This document shows, piece after piece, positions 10,145-19,508 of a stretch of DNA of 64,000 nucleotides. Source of the stretch: Fibrobacteria bacterium (GTDB lineage: Bacteria; Fibrobacterota; Fibrobacteria; UBA11236; JADFYW01). The translations under genes and the position numbers were made by a program. Under the pieces are notes generated by a model. That model ran no database searches. It was not told the origin of the DNA and saw only the letters and a program-made list of their open reading frames with translations. The DNA lies in assembly GCA_050294405.1 (NCBI GenBank), contig JBNKOC010000023.1, positions 1 to 64,000 on the forward strand, given 5' to 3'. Each line of letters begins with the position of its first letter. Position 1 is the first letter of the stretch.

Positions 10145-11317
10145 CTAATCCTCAATAGTCCTTTTTAATTCTGCGGCAATACCGTTATTCCATACATATG
10201 AAACACGGGAAAGCCAACGTTTTTCTTCCTCCCCCACATCATTTTCTTCTTTATCGGAGTAAAAATCAGAAAGGCGCTGCATTAATGTTTTGCAATTTTC
10301 AGAATCTCCCATATATATTCGCAAAGCAATCAGAAAAAAATAAGACACCACCCTATCCAGCCCAGACATTTTTTTTTGTTTAAGTTGATTTGTAAAATTT
10401 TCCAAAGCTGATGTGTAATAGGAGTCCGGGCTTCCACTTTCCAGGCAACCCAGCAAAATATTGTAGAACCCCAGTTGAGCATGAGTCCCCTGCTTTTCTC
10501 CCAATATTAACCCATTCATACATTTCTCAGCCAATTTAAAAGAGGTAATAGCTAATTCATGTGACCGTGCTGGCTTGTCAAAGCGGTTATCTACATCCAG
10601 CGTAATACCTGCCAACTTTTTTCGGGTGGCAATTGTTCTCGATAATATTTTTTTTGCATCTTGTTTATAGGGAAAGGCCTTTCCCGGCCCATCAGCCCAG
10701 TCTTCTGGTTTCGATGAAGCAAAACAACAATACGGGCATACAGCAACCATACTTCTCAAAAAGTCCCAAGGCTCATACCCCTCTTTACTTTTATAAATGG
10801 GATAAATCCCCGGAGTCCAATCCACTTCATAGGCGTCATCAACAGGCATATGAAACTGAACCTGTTGATATCCGCATATATAACAGCATTTTTCTACAGT
10901 AATAAATGGATAAGTTTTCCCGGTTTTTTTTACTCCGTCTGAACTAACTCCATGAGCCTCCTCCACCATCCACCGTTTAAGCCAACTGTTTAAGGCATAA
11001 TATTCAATGGGTTTAAACATTAAATAATCTATTCCCAAATCAATAGCCTCCGCCTCAAAATCCGTTCTACCTTCACTTGAAGTAGCTAATATTTTCAAAT
11101 TTGCAGGAGATTGTTTAAGATAGCGCAAGAGAGAAAAGCCTTCTAATTCGGGAAATTTTAGGTTTAGTATAATAGCCCCAATTTCTTGATTGGATTTTAA
11201 AATCTGAATGGCTTCTGTGCTGTTAGGCACTATAACAAGGTTGTAATTGTCCGCAAGGGTTTTTTGGTAGGTAGCAACCTGAATTTTTGAATCATCTACA
11301 ATTAATAATTTAGACAT
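10145..11317 (-). CDS. Atypical receiver domain fused to a DUF2225-like Zn-binding/helical domain
   Basis: N-terminus LLIVDDS...IILNLKFP...FKPI (REC with the phospho-Asp replaced by Asn). C-terminal CYIC and VAVCPYCCFAS followed by helical repeats. Confidence 0.7.
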   Translation of the reverse strand: MSKLLIVDDSKIQVATYQKTLADNYNLVIVPNSTEAIQILKSNQEIGAIILNLKFPELEGFSLLRYLKQSPANLKILATSSEGRTDFEAEAIDLGIDYLMFKPIEYYALNSWLKRWMVEEAHGVSSDGVKKTGKTYPFITVEKCCYICGYQQVQFHMPVDDAYEVDWTPGIYPIYKSKEGYEPWDFLRSMVAVCPYCCFASSKPEDWADGPGKAFPYKQDAKKILSRTIATRKKLAGITLDVDNRFDKPARSHELAITSFKLAEKCMNGLILGEKQGTHAQLGFYNILLGCLESGSPDSYYTSALENFTNQLKQKKMSGLDRVVSYFFLIALRIYMGDSENCKTLMQRLSDFYSDKEENDVGEEEKRWLSRVSYVWNNGIAAELKRTIED

Positions 11318-11407
11318 ATTTCAAATAATGCAGTTTTAGATACTTTCTTTTAAACCACTGCCTTTGTTATAATTTATATGATACTATAATTGAACCAGCT
11401 AAATCTA

Positions 11408-11692
11408 ATGGCAATTTATTTGAGTTATAAATACGGTCGAGTACAGCTAAGCCCCGGAATGAATATTATGGGACGAGTTAAAGAGGCTGACATTCAGATA
11501 AAAGACCCCTTTATATCCAGAAAGCATTTATCTATTGATTTAATCGCTGACAACAGCCTTACCTTAATGGATTTAGGTTCCTCCAATGGGCTTTATGTAA
11601 AAGATGCGAGGGTTCCAAATGCTATATTGCGCCCCGGCGAAAGTTTTTTAGTAGGAAAAACCGAGTTCACTATATTGGAAGATTCAGAATAA
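11408..11692 (+). CDS. Stand-alone FHA domain protein
   Basis: Intact FHA residues GR, ISRKH and DLGSSNG. Confidence 0.85.
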   Translation: MAIYLSYKYGRVQLSPGMNIMGRVKEADIQIKDPFISRKHLSIDLIADNSLTLMDLGSSNGLYVKDARVPNAILRPGESFLVGKTEFTILEDSE

Positions 11693-11697
11693 GCCCT

Positions 11698-12225
11698 TTA
11701 TTCAGGCACAACCCTCTGAATTTTTTGCCTGCGCCCACTGATTTTAGAGCCTTCTAATTCAGGCACAATTTCCTCTCTTTTTGTGGAATTGATTTGTGGA
11801 GCATTTTCCTCCCCTTCTTTTTGCGGTTCAGCAAGGGAGTCAGAGTCTACCGGGTTATTCGAAAGAGGCTGATTGGATGGTTCAGAAAGCTTTTCCCCTT
11901 CATCTGCAGGACTCCATTTTTCAAAAATCAAGTCCGAACTTTCTTCTGCATTTTCTGTGGGTTTAAATCCAGGTGCATCGGGATCGGCTAAAGGATGGGT
12001 ATAAATTTCTCCATTATTATCCTGGTAAACAATGTATTGAGAAGCCTCCCATTGATTAACCGAAGTATCCTGCAAATCCATTATTAGGTAACCGTGGGAT
12101 TCCAGATTTTCTTTCATCATAGAACCCTGGGAATATCCTTGATAACATAATAGCAACATGGCTGAGATTGCGCGCCAAATGGAAATATAAAAGGTTTTCA
12201 AGCTGATTTTAGACATAAACCTCAT
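11698..12225 (-). CDS. Hypothetical exported protein with an acidic low-complexity tail
   Basis: Start moved to ATG 12225 (or 12216): signal-peptide-like MSKISLKTFYISIWRAISAMLLLC, and this avoids overlap with the gene at 12440. Confidence 0.55.
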   Translation of the reverse strand: MRFMSKISLKTFYISIWRAISAMLLLCYQGYSQGSMMKENLESHGYLIMDLQDTSVNQWEASQYIVYQDNNGEIYTHPLADPDAPGFKPTENAEESSDLIFEKWSPADEGEKLSEPSNQPLSNNPVDSDSLAEPQKEGEENAPQINSTKREEIVPELEGSKISGRRQKIQRVVPE

Positions 12226-12255
12226 AGTGAAATTGCTGACAATACCATATAAATT

Positions 12256-12283
12256 ATATCGGATCAAGGGATAAATAGCTTGA
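12256..12283 (-). promoter_or_regulatory. Putative sigma28 (FliA/WhiG)-type promoter
   Basis: Minus strand TCAA-N16-TCCGATAT, about 30 nt upstream of ATG 12225. Confidence 0.5.
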
Positions 12284-12439
12284 GGTTTTTGGAAAATTTT
12301 TAGGGTTTTTTTGGGATTTTGGAGGCAAAAAACGGCACTCCTAAACTTTTTTTCAGGAGGAAAAGAATTAATCTTGACTCCCCAAAAATAGAGCCATAAA
12401 ATTGAATTATCAAGTGACCCAACCAAACAAGGAGCACCC

Positions 12440-12844
12440 ATGAAAGCACTTAATATCAGCTGTCCCCACTGCCGTGAAATGAGTGAGCTGTATTTAGTTT
12501 CCAAACCATACATGATGGTGCTCAATTGTCCAGACTGCCAAAGCACTTTGTTGCACTGCGAAGGCAGTACATACGAAATTGATGACATGAAAGTCATTCA
12601 AATGGAAAGACAGCAAATTCAAAATTTTGTAGAAAGTCTTAAAGAGAAGTCTCAATTCACAAGCTCCCTTCCTTCGGAACCTGCAGCAGTTGCCTCTAAA
12701 AGTTTAGTCGCCACTAAAAGCCACGCCATGCATCGAATGGGTGAAGCTGTAAGGGAAAATAGCCTTCGGCAGGATGATATTTTAAACCTTAAAATCAGTT
12801 TAGAATCCTGCCAGGATGTTTCTGAATTCATTGAGCAAATTTAA
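12440..12844 (+). CDS. Hypothetical protein with an N-terminal zinc ribbon
   Basis: AGGAG RBS; CPHC...CPDC motifs. Confidence 0.75.
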   Translation: MKALNISCPHCREMSELYLVSKPYMMVLNCPDCQSTLLHCEGSTYEIDDMKVIQMERQQIQNFVESLKEKSQFTSSLPSEPAAVASKSLVATKSHAMHRMGEAVRENSLRQDDILNLKISLESCQDVSEFIEQI

Positions 12845-12929
12845 TTTGCTTTAGTGCTTATTCTAAAACCGTCTACCGCGTTTAAAATTTATATTTGAAC
12901 TCTCATAATAGAATTGAGGGTTCTTTGTA

Positions 12930-13514
12930 ATGTTTGAAAATATTCCCCATTTTATTTTGGGGTCCCAATCCCCCCGACGCAAAGACATTTTTAATATGCT
13001 TGGACTAAGTTTTAAAGTTAGTCCTTCTCACTATGATGAGGATTTGACCGCACACAATATTCCTCCCGTGGAACTCCCTAAGTTATTTTCAGCCCAAAAG
13101 GCCTTATCCCTTTGTCCAAGCTTTCCTAAAAAACCCATTCTGGGATTTGATACCCTGGTATTTTTAGAAGGAAAAGCTCTGGGAAAACCCAAGGATTCTA
13201 AGGAGGCTTTAAAAACCCTGATGAAACTCAATGGAAAAACCCACCAGGTCATTTCTGCTGTGAGCCTTGCCCATGGCGGTCAAATTTTTCGTAGCGAAAA
13301 TTCTCTCACCCATGTAACTTTTGGACACTTTTCAGAAGATAGTTATCTATCTTATATAAATACCAAAGAGCCTATGGATAAGGCCGGAAGCTATGGAATT
13401 CAAGGTAAAGGGGCTCAATTTGTTGAAAAAATAGAGGGTTGTTTCTACAATGTTATGGGGGTACCACTCCAACAAAGCCTTAAAATTTTACAAGATTTTG
13501 CAAAAATCAAATAG
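12930..13514 (+). CDS. maf: Maf-family nucleoside triphosphate pyrophosphatase (YhdE-type, dTTP/UTP)
   Basis: LGSQSPRR, GFDTLV, LGKP, DKAGSYGIQG, NVMGVP. Confidence 0.92.
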   Translation: MFENIPHFILGSQSPRRKDIFNMLGLSFKVSPSHYDEDLTAHNIPPVELPKLFSAQKALSLCPSFPKKPILGFDTLVFLEGKALGKPKDSKEALKTLMKLNGKTHQVISAVSLAHGGQIFRSENSLTHVTFGHFSEDSYLSYINTKEPMDKAGSYGIQGKGAQFVEKIEGCFYNVMGVPLQQSLKILQDFAKIK

Positions 13515-13527
13515 TATTTAGCTAAAC

Positions 13528-14418
13528 ATGGATTCCACAGAAAACAACTCTAATTCCCAAAATAAAACGGTTGGGCAATACATAAAAAACGCCAGAGAGG
13601 CTATGGGTGTTGACCTCGACAGTCTTGCTAACGAAACCAAATTAAAACGCCAGATCCTCGAGGCTTTGGAAGCGGATAGGACAAATGAGCTCCCCCCCTT
13701 ACCCTACATTAAAGCTTTTTTAGTAACTCTTTGCCGAAGACTTGAACTGGATAGTGAGGAGCTATTTAAGCGTTTAAATTCCCAAATGGGAATCCACCCG
13801 GACGAGGATTTAAATCCAGAGCACAGGGAAAATCTAAATGTAAAATCCAGCCCAAAAGGTTTTATGCCACTCATTCTCATTTCAGTTTTAGTGGTGGTAT
13901 TTTTAGTGATTATGGTAAAGATGCAAGGAAGCAGCAACGAGGATTCCTTGCCTGAACCCATAGCCCAAAGCACCTTGGATTCCTTGCCAGGTTTATCGGA
14001 AATGGAATCTATGGTTATAGACTCCCTGGATTCTGCAAAGCTAGTTGGAACTCCGGATGCAGATTCCAATTCTCCCGCAGCAGATGATGCAGTATCTGGG
14101 CAAGAGCCAGAAAAAAAATCAAAGGAACCCGCTAAGGTCGAAGAGGAAATTAAGGAAAGTGCAGCGCCACCAGCCATAAATGGAATTTTGGTATTTAGCT
14201 GCGTCACAGATAGTGTTTGGATTAACATCAAAAGAAATGGACGTAAGGAAATTAATAAAAAGCTAAAATTAGGAGGACAATGGCGTATTGCCATGACCGA
14301 TTCCATTTATGTGAGTGTCGGGGTTCACAGCGCCGTAGAATTTGATTTAAATGGCGTAAAAGTATCGCCAGAAGAAAGAAAATTTAAAATCATAAACGGA
14401 GTATACAGTCCAAATTAA
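13528..14418 (+). CDS. RodZ-like protein (HTH, single TM, C-terminal beta domain)
   Basis: VGQYIKNAREAMG...LEALE...YIKAFL HTH; one TM segment; DSVWINI DUF4115-like C-terminus. Confidence 0.8.
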   Translation: MDSTENNSNSQNKTVGQYIKNAREAMGVDLDSLANETKLKRQILEALEADRTNELPPLPYIKAFLVTLCRRLELDSEELFKRLNSQMGIHPDEDLNPEHRENLNVKSSPKGFMPLILISVLVVVFLVIMVKMQGSSNEDSLPEPIAQSTLDSLPGLSEMESMVIDSLDSAKLVGTPDADSNSPAADDAVSGQEPEKKSKEPAKVEEEIKESAAPPAINGILVFSCVTDSVWINIKRNGRKEINKKLKLGGQWRIAMTDSIYVSVGVHSAVEFDLNGVKVSPEERKFKIINGVYSPN

Positions 14419-14423
14419 ATTAC

Positions 14424-14615
14424 ATGACCCTCTTTTTAGTCATAATATTAATACTCTGCATAGGTGTAATGATTTACCTCAACCTTCAAGTGAACGATTT
14501 CGAAAAAAAACACCAGCAATTTGAATCAGAAATCCGGGAAAGATTTAAAGACGATCCGGAAATGGAATTAGCATCAAATTTTGAAATGGAAGAGCAAGAA
14601 AAAGAAGGAAACTAA
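14424..14615 (+). CDS. Small membrane-anchored hypothetical protein
   Basis: N-terminal hydrophobic helix and acidic tail; fits between rodZ-like and hisB with gaps of only a few nt. Confidence 0.65.
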   Translation: MTLFLVIILILCIGVMIYLNLQVNDFEKKHQQFESEIRERFKDDPEMELASNFEMEEQEKEGN

Positions 14616-14619
14616 ACCC

Positions 14620-15210
14620 ATGGCAAAACGCGCCGCTAAAATATCAAGGAATACCAAGGAAACCCAAATCACACTTGAATTGGATTTAGACAATTCCTTT
14701 GAAGGGGAAATATCAACGGGCAGCGGTTTTTTGGACCACATGATAGATATATTTCGCAAACATAGTGGAATTGGGTTAAAACTTGTATGTAATGGGGACA
14801 CCAATATTGATATGCACCATTCCTGTGAAGATATTGCCATTTGCCTGGGAAATGCTATTGTAGAAGCTGTGGGAGATAAAGCTGGAATTGAGCGATACGG
14901 GTTTTATTATGTGACTATGGATGAAGCCTTGGCCAGGGTGTGCCTTGATTTATCTGGACGAACTTCTTTTGTTTTTAATGGGACAATCAAACAGCAAAGC
15001 ATTGGCAACCTGGACACAGAGCTAATACCCCATTTTTTTGAATCCATTGCTCAAAACGCAAAAATGAACTTGCACCTTGATTTAATCCGAGGTGAAAATG
15101 CCCACCACTGTGTTGAAGGTTTATTCAAGGCCTTTGCCAGAGCTTTAAGTATGGCCATTTCTCCATCGGCAAGAGTTCGGGGCGTGCCCTCCACTAAGGG
15201 CAGTTTATAA
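14620..15210 (+). CDS. hisB: Imidazoleglycerol-phosphate dehydratase (monofunctional)
   Basis: RNTKETQI, GFLDHM, DMHHSCED, MDEAL, NAHHCVE, VPSTKG. Start ATG 14620. Confidence 0.95.
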   Translation: MAKRAAKISRNTKETQITLELDLDNSFEGEISTGSGFLDHMIDIFRKHSGIGLKLVCNGDTNIDMHHSCEDIAICLGNAIVEAVGDKAGIERYGFYYVTMDEALARVCLDLSGRTSFVFNGTIKQQSIGNLDTELIPHFFESIAQNAKMNLHLDLIRGENAHHCVEGLFKAFARALSMAISPSARVRGVPSTKGSL

Positions 15211-15262
15211 AATGCCTCCGTTTGAAATAAAGGAAGCCCCTATTTCATACAGAGGAACCTAA

Positions 15263-16378
15263 GTGGTTCTTTATCTTATTCCAATACTAACAGGCAGTGT
15301 ATATGGCTGCCTGCTGTTTTTCCTAGTTCTCGGAGCCCAAAGACTATACCAAAAACAAAAATCCCGTACCCAAGATTTACCCAGCATTTCTGTAATTGTT
15401 CCCCTGCGAAATGAAGAGCTATCTGCAGAGGCTACCTTAAACGCTCTTAAAAACCAAAACTATCAAGGACTCTGGGAAGTGATTTGCGTCAACGACCGTT
15501 CCACCGATAAAACAGCCCAAATTCTGGATAATTTCTGCCAGGCTGAGCAAAACTTCAGATGTATTCATATTTCAAATAGCGAACCCAATGTTCCCTCTCC
15601 CAAAAAAAGGGCTCTGGCCCGGGGATTTAAGATGGCCACCGGGGAAATACTAATGACCACCGATGCTGATTGTATTCCCCCACCTCATTGGCTCCACTCA
15701 ATGGCAATTAATTTCACTACTAACATTGCCGTTGTTCAAGGACCCAAGGAAATTATAGGCCCCAATAATTTAATTACACGCTATCAGAAGCTGGAAGTAT
15801 TTGGTTATGTTAGTATTGAGGCCGCCACCTTTGCCATGGGACAGCCCTTAATTGCCAGCGCTCCTTCTCTGGCCTATAAAAGGGAACTTTACGAAAAAGT
15901 AGGCGGATTTGATGGAATGGAACACTTGGTAAGCGGTGATGACGATATGTTAGTGGACAAAATGCGATCCCAGGAAAACGCCAAAGTTCGATACAACCTC
16001 GACTCCACCGCCACCGTTAAAACTCCCGGCGTAGAAAACTGGAAAAGCCTCATCGTCCAGCGAGCACGTTGGGCCAGCAATGGCGCCCAATACGAGAACA
16101 AATGGTTTGTACTTTTGTTAGTATCCGTATTTATTTTTTATTGCTATTTGTGTCTTTCTCCTTTTTTGTACTTCTTTTCGCTAATAAGCTGGCAGGGTTT
16201 TATCTTGCCCTGGGCTTTTAAATACGCCAGCAGCTATTTTTTCCTTTCCCAAACTGCCATAAAATTTCGAAAAAAAAGGCTGCTTCTGGATTTATGGTGG
16301 GTAGAGCCTTTGCATGTTCCCATTACTGTGCTTGCTGCCACTATGGGACAACTTGGTTGGTACCGCTGGAAAGACTAG
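15263..16378 (+). CDS. Membrane glycosyltransferase family 2 (QxxRW type)
   Basis: VIVPLRNEE, NDRSTD, TTDADC, SGDDD, QRARW; N- and C-terminal TMs. Confidence 0.88.
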   Translation: MVLYLIPILTGSVYGCLLFFLVLGAQRLYQKQKSRTQDLPSISVIVPLRNEELSAEATLNALKNQNYQGLWEVICVNDRSTDKTAQILDNFCQAEQNFRCIHISNSEPNVPSPKKRALARGFKMATGEILMTTDADCIPPPHWLHSMAINFTTNIAVVQGPKEIIGPNNLITRYQKLEVFGYVSIEAATFAMGQPLIASAPSLAYKRELYEKVGGFDGMEHLVSGDDDMLVDKMRSQENAKVRYNLDSTATVKTPGVENWKSLIVQRARWASNGAQYENKWFVLLLVSVFIFYCYLCLSPFLYFFSLISWQGFILPWAFKYASSYFFLSQTAIKFRKKRLLLDLWWVEPLHVPITVLAATMGQLGWYRWKD

Positions 16379-16381
16379 CCT

Positions 16382-18823
16382 TTAAAAGCCTCTGTTAGGC
16401 AGTTTGGTATCCCGGCTTTCGAATTTAATATCTGGTAAATCCATAACATAAATATTAAAGCGCCAACCCTGGCTGACTCCCACTGGTATCCATTCAAAAT
16501 CCATTTTCCAGCAGTGTAAAATTCTACTAATATTAAACTTATGCTGAGCAAACTCCCCTTTGCTAAAATCATAACTATTGGTATAGGACAAATCCCAATG
16601 GGGGGTGGGGTTTAATTTAAAATTGCTGGAAAAGCTATGCGTCAGATTCTTCCGAAAGGCCGTTTTACTTACCCTTTGGGCCCCATAACTAAAACTGTAA
16701 TTAAAATTGGCACTCCAGGGCCGCATTTCATATGGGTCCTGGTTTTCAGATACATCCAACTTTAAACCCGAATTAAACTTTCCTGCTAAGGAAAGGGATT
16801 TTCTCCAGCCAAAGGAATAATTAATTAAAATCGGACTCACCAATTCATTTTTTAAATCAGCTCCCGCATAATCGTCATATAACCTGTGGGTCATGGCCAG
16901 AGAAATAGGCACATATTTCACCACTTCCGAACTGATGTTGGAACTAATATCCGACCAGGGACGCTCGTCCTTTTTTTCAAAATCATAACTTAGCCCTGAG
17001 TTTACTTTAAGCACCTGGTAGTTTTTAGAAGCCTCGCCTGTGGTATCACTGGCATCTTTTAATTTTATATCCACATCGTTGCCCAAATTAAATCCCACGC
17101 GCTGGGCTTGCTGCTGTTTTAACTGGCCACCCAATCGGGGATGAAGTACAAAATGCCTTACAGAATCGGTTTCCGGGACAAAGGTATAGGAAACACTGGG
17201 CCGAACCACATGCCTTATTTTTTGCAAAGGTCCAATGTTAATATTGCCAATGCCGTATAGCTGGGTATTGGCCTCCACGCCTAAGTTGCCATTCAAAAGA
17301 TTATCTCCAAAATTCCCTTCTCCAAGGTCCACATCGGATTTATAACTTCCATCTTTTCCGATATTGGATTGCAAACTCCAGTAATGGGTGGCCGAGGCAA
17401 AAGGGTTTACATTAATGTATTGCAACATGGAGTATTTTGCATTCAGGGATAAACGGTTACGGGCTCCCACAAAGTTATTTCCATCCGCGGGCGATTTTGT
17501 CTGTGCCTCAGGGTTTTCCGAACGATATACATTAAAATCACCAGTGTAAGAGTAATTGATTTTTTCATACCAACTGAGATCATTTCCCTCTGGATTTTCA
17601 AAATCCCAGTAGTCATTTTCTTCAAGAGGAAACAAGGGGCCGCTAAAAGCAAAGGTGGCATTGGGAAATTCCCTGGTTTGACGCCCAGTAGTAAGGTTAA
17701 AATCCTGGCTACCGTTAATATTTAAACGGGCGCGATTCCAATCCAGCATTTGGGTGTAGCCTAATTTGGCATTGGCCGTTTGGTTTATGGCTTCTTCTTC
17801 ATTTAAAGCTTCCGATAAAATCCGGCGACTGGAAACAAAACGCCCATTTCCTGAAAGACGCTTTTTTCCATCGGGAGTTATTTTATGATCGTGATTAAAA
17901 GAAACTTCCCAACCTGAATTTCCCGGATTAAACTCCGATACATAGGCCCGCCCTCCTAGGTTCCCATTTAAAACATTACGTTTATTGTAATTGTATTTGG
18001 CGTTCAAATTCGTTTCATCAAAAGTCCCTTTGGCCCCTTCAATTAAGTCTCCCGAAACTGTGAGGTCCATATATTCATTCATACTCCAGTAATAGCCAAT
18101 ATCCTGTATGTAAAAGCCCTGTGCTTGATCCCCTCCCCATTTAGGCCTTAAAAATCCCGAACGCCTTCCTTCGCCCAATGGCATTACAATCATGGGGGCT
18201 ACTGCTACTGGAACTCCGGCAATGTTCATGACCACCGGCCTTGCCAATACTTTTTTCTTGGGTTCTAAAACCATTCTGCGGGAATAGAAAAAATAATGTT
18301 GGTCTTCCAGGTTATCGCAAGTGGAGAAGTCACCCCGGGCAATATGTATTTCACCATCCTTTTGCCGCCTTACTTCAATACCGTTAAACATTTGCCTATC
18401 TCTTGAAGTGGTCCCCCAGTATATTTCTCCAATTTGCCGCTTGTGATTGTATTTAAGCCGATAGCCCCATATGGGAGGCTGTGATTTTTCCTGAATGGTG
18501 GGCCGGCCTCTGGCTTCCACCATTTCATTTTTGTTATCCAAAAATATGGTATCCGCTTTTAAGGTGGCCCCTTTGTATTTCAAAACCGCCCCATCCAAAA
18601 GGGTAAATGACTCACGGGCAATGTTATAGGTAAAATTGCTACTGGACCAGGAGACGGTATCATTTACGGAAGTGGCTTCACCCAAACTGTCCGCTTCCTC
18701 TTCAGAAGCTGCGCTATCCGCAGGAATTTCCACATTTAAAGAGTGCAGGCCCTCGCCAAAGGACAAGACACCCCCAAGTGCCAAAATACAAACCCAGCCT
18801 ATGAAATATTTTAATGCCTTCAT
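16382..18823 (-). CDS. lptD: LPS-assembly protein LptD
   Basis: Signal peptide, OstA-like N-domain, FSTCD, RRSGFLRP, IGYYW, beta-barrel and C-terminal RILHCW. Confidence 0.85.
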   Translation of the reverse strand: MKALKYFIGWVCILALGGVLSFGEGLHSLNVEIPADSAASEEEADSLGEATSVNDTVSWSSSNFTYNIARESFTLLDGAVLKYKGATLKADTIFLDNKNEMVEARGRPTIQEKSQPPIWGYRLKYNHKRQIGEIYWGTTSRDRQMFNGIEVRRQKDGEIHIARGDFSTCDNLEDQHYFFYSRRMVLEPKKKVLARPVVMNIAGVPVAVAPMIVMPLGEGRRSGFLRPKWGGDQAQGFYIQDIGYYWSMNEYMDLTVSGDLIEGAKGTFDETNLNAKYNYNKRNVLNGNLGGRAYVSEFNPGNSGWEVSFNHDHKITPDGKKRLSGNGRFVSSRRILSEALNEEEAINQTANAKLGYTQMLDWNRARLNINGSQDFNLTTGRQTREFPNATFAFSGPLFPLEENDYWDFENPEGNDLSWYEKINYSYTGDFNVYRSENPEAQTKSPADGNNFVGARNRLSLNAKYSMLQYINVNPFASATHYWSLQSNIGKDGSYKSDVDLGEGNFGDNLLNGNLGVEANTQLYGIGNINIGPLQKIRHVVRPSVSYTFVPETDSVRHFVLHPRLGGQLKQQQAQRVGFNLGNDVDIKLKDASDTTGEASKNYQVLKVNSGLSYDFEKKDERPWSDISSNISSEVVKYVPISLAMTHRLYDDYAGADLKNELVSPILINYSFGWRKSLSLAGKFNSGLKLDVSENQDPYEMRPWSANFNYSFSYGAQRVSKTAFRKNLTHSFSSNFKLNPTPHWDLSYTNSYDFSKGEFAQHKFNISRILHCWKMDFEWIPVGVSQGWRFNIYVMDLPDIKFESRDTKLPNRGF

Positions 18824-18885
18824 TTAATCTGGCACTAAAATAAAATACTGAACTGAATAGGACTACGGGAAGCGTATTTTTTGAC

Positions 18886-19182
18886 TCACATTTGCTTGAG
18901 CCGCTCTTCGGGAGTGAGCAGAGTTACCAGGCGGATACCAAAATTGTCATCAATCACCACCACTTCTCCCTTGGCGATGATTTTATTGTTCACAACAAAA
19001 TCCACCGTCTCACCGGCCAGTCTGTCTAGGGTGACCACGTGCCCGGCCTTGAGTTCAAGGAGTTCGCGGATCTTCATGCGTGTGCGGCCCAGAACCAATT
19101 TGATTTCCAAATCCACATCTTGAAGCTGCTCGATATCCAGCTTCTTGCGATTAGAAACCCGGTATTCGCTATTGTACACCAT
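18886..19182 (-). CDS. fliN: Flagellar motor switch FliN / SpoA-domain protein
   Basis: DVDLEIKLVLGRTRMKIRELLEL, GETVDFVVN, IAKGEVVVIDDNFGIRL. Confidence 0.85.
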   Translation of the reverse strand: MVYNSEYRVSNRKKLDIEQLQDVDLEIKLVLGRTRMKIRELLELKAGHVVTLDRLAGETVDFVVNNKIIAKGEVVVIDDNFGIRLVTLLTPEERLKQM

Positions 19183-19186
19183 ACTT

Positions 19187-19214
19187 TAATTATATCGCCA
19201 AAATAAGCCGATAG
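19187..19214 (+). promoter_or_regulatory. Putative sigma28-type promoter
   Basis: TAAT-N16-GCCGATAG upstream of the small ORF at 19297. Confidence 0.35.
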
Positions 19215-19296
19215 CTAAAATTTTTAGCGCATTTTTTGGAAATTATGGCTAGAAGAAGAAATTTAAGCTAAAATAACAGCAGATTCTCGAATCGCT

Positions 19297-19491
19297 ATGG
19301 AAAATATTTTAAATCAAATTCAGCTTTTCCCGCTGAGCCAAATGATTTTATGGCTTTTTGTTTTGGGCTGTCTGTACTATGCCTTAAAGTGGTTTAAACT
19401 CCCCGACGATTGGGAAGACCGGGAACGAGAGCGCAAAATTTTAATTATGAAAGAAAGGGGTCTTTTCTTATACAGCCGTGAAAAGGAATAA
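19297..19491 (+). CDS. Small hypothetical membrane protein
   Basis: ATG-started 64-aa ORF with one TM and a charged tail, in an otherwise empty gap. Confidence 0.55.
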   Translation: MENILNQIQLFPLSQMILWLFVLGCLYYALKWFKLPDDWEDRERERKILIMKERGLFLYSREKE

Positions 19492-19508
19492 TTTCCTATG
19501 AACGCTCT

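Noticed and set aside
12226..12597. 5' extension of the 11698..12597 ORF
   Set aside because: Overlaps the RBS-supported gene at 12440 and a promoter-like region; a signal peptide appears only from 12225/12216.
13704..14306. Long antisense ORFs (for example 13704..14306, 25072..25590, 41974..42411, 51199..51666, 51735..52196, 52292..52765)
   Set aside because: Shadow ORFs opposite well-supported genes, with no recognisable motifs.
15196..15210. Partial matches to the 18-bp motif (TAAGGGCAG at the hisB end; CTTAAGGGCA in nadK)
   Set aside because: Only 9-10 bp, inside coding sequence; expected by chance.
19192..19219. Second sigma28-like promoter on the minus strand for fliN (TTTA-N16-GGCGATAT)
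   Set aside because: Both boxes deviate from consensus and it overlaps the better + strand candidate; too weak to call.
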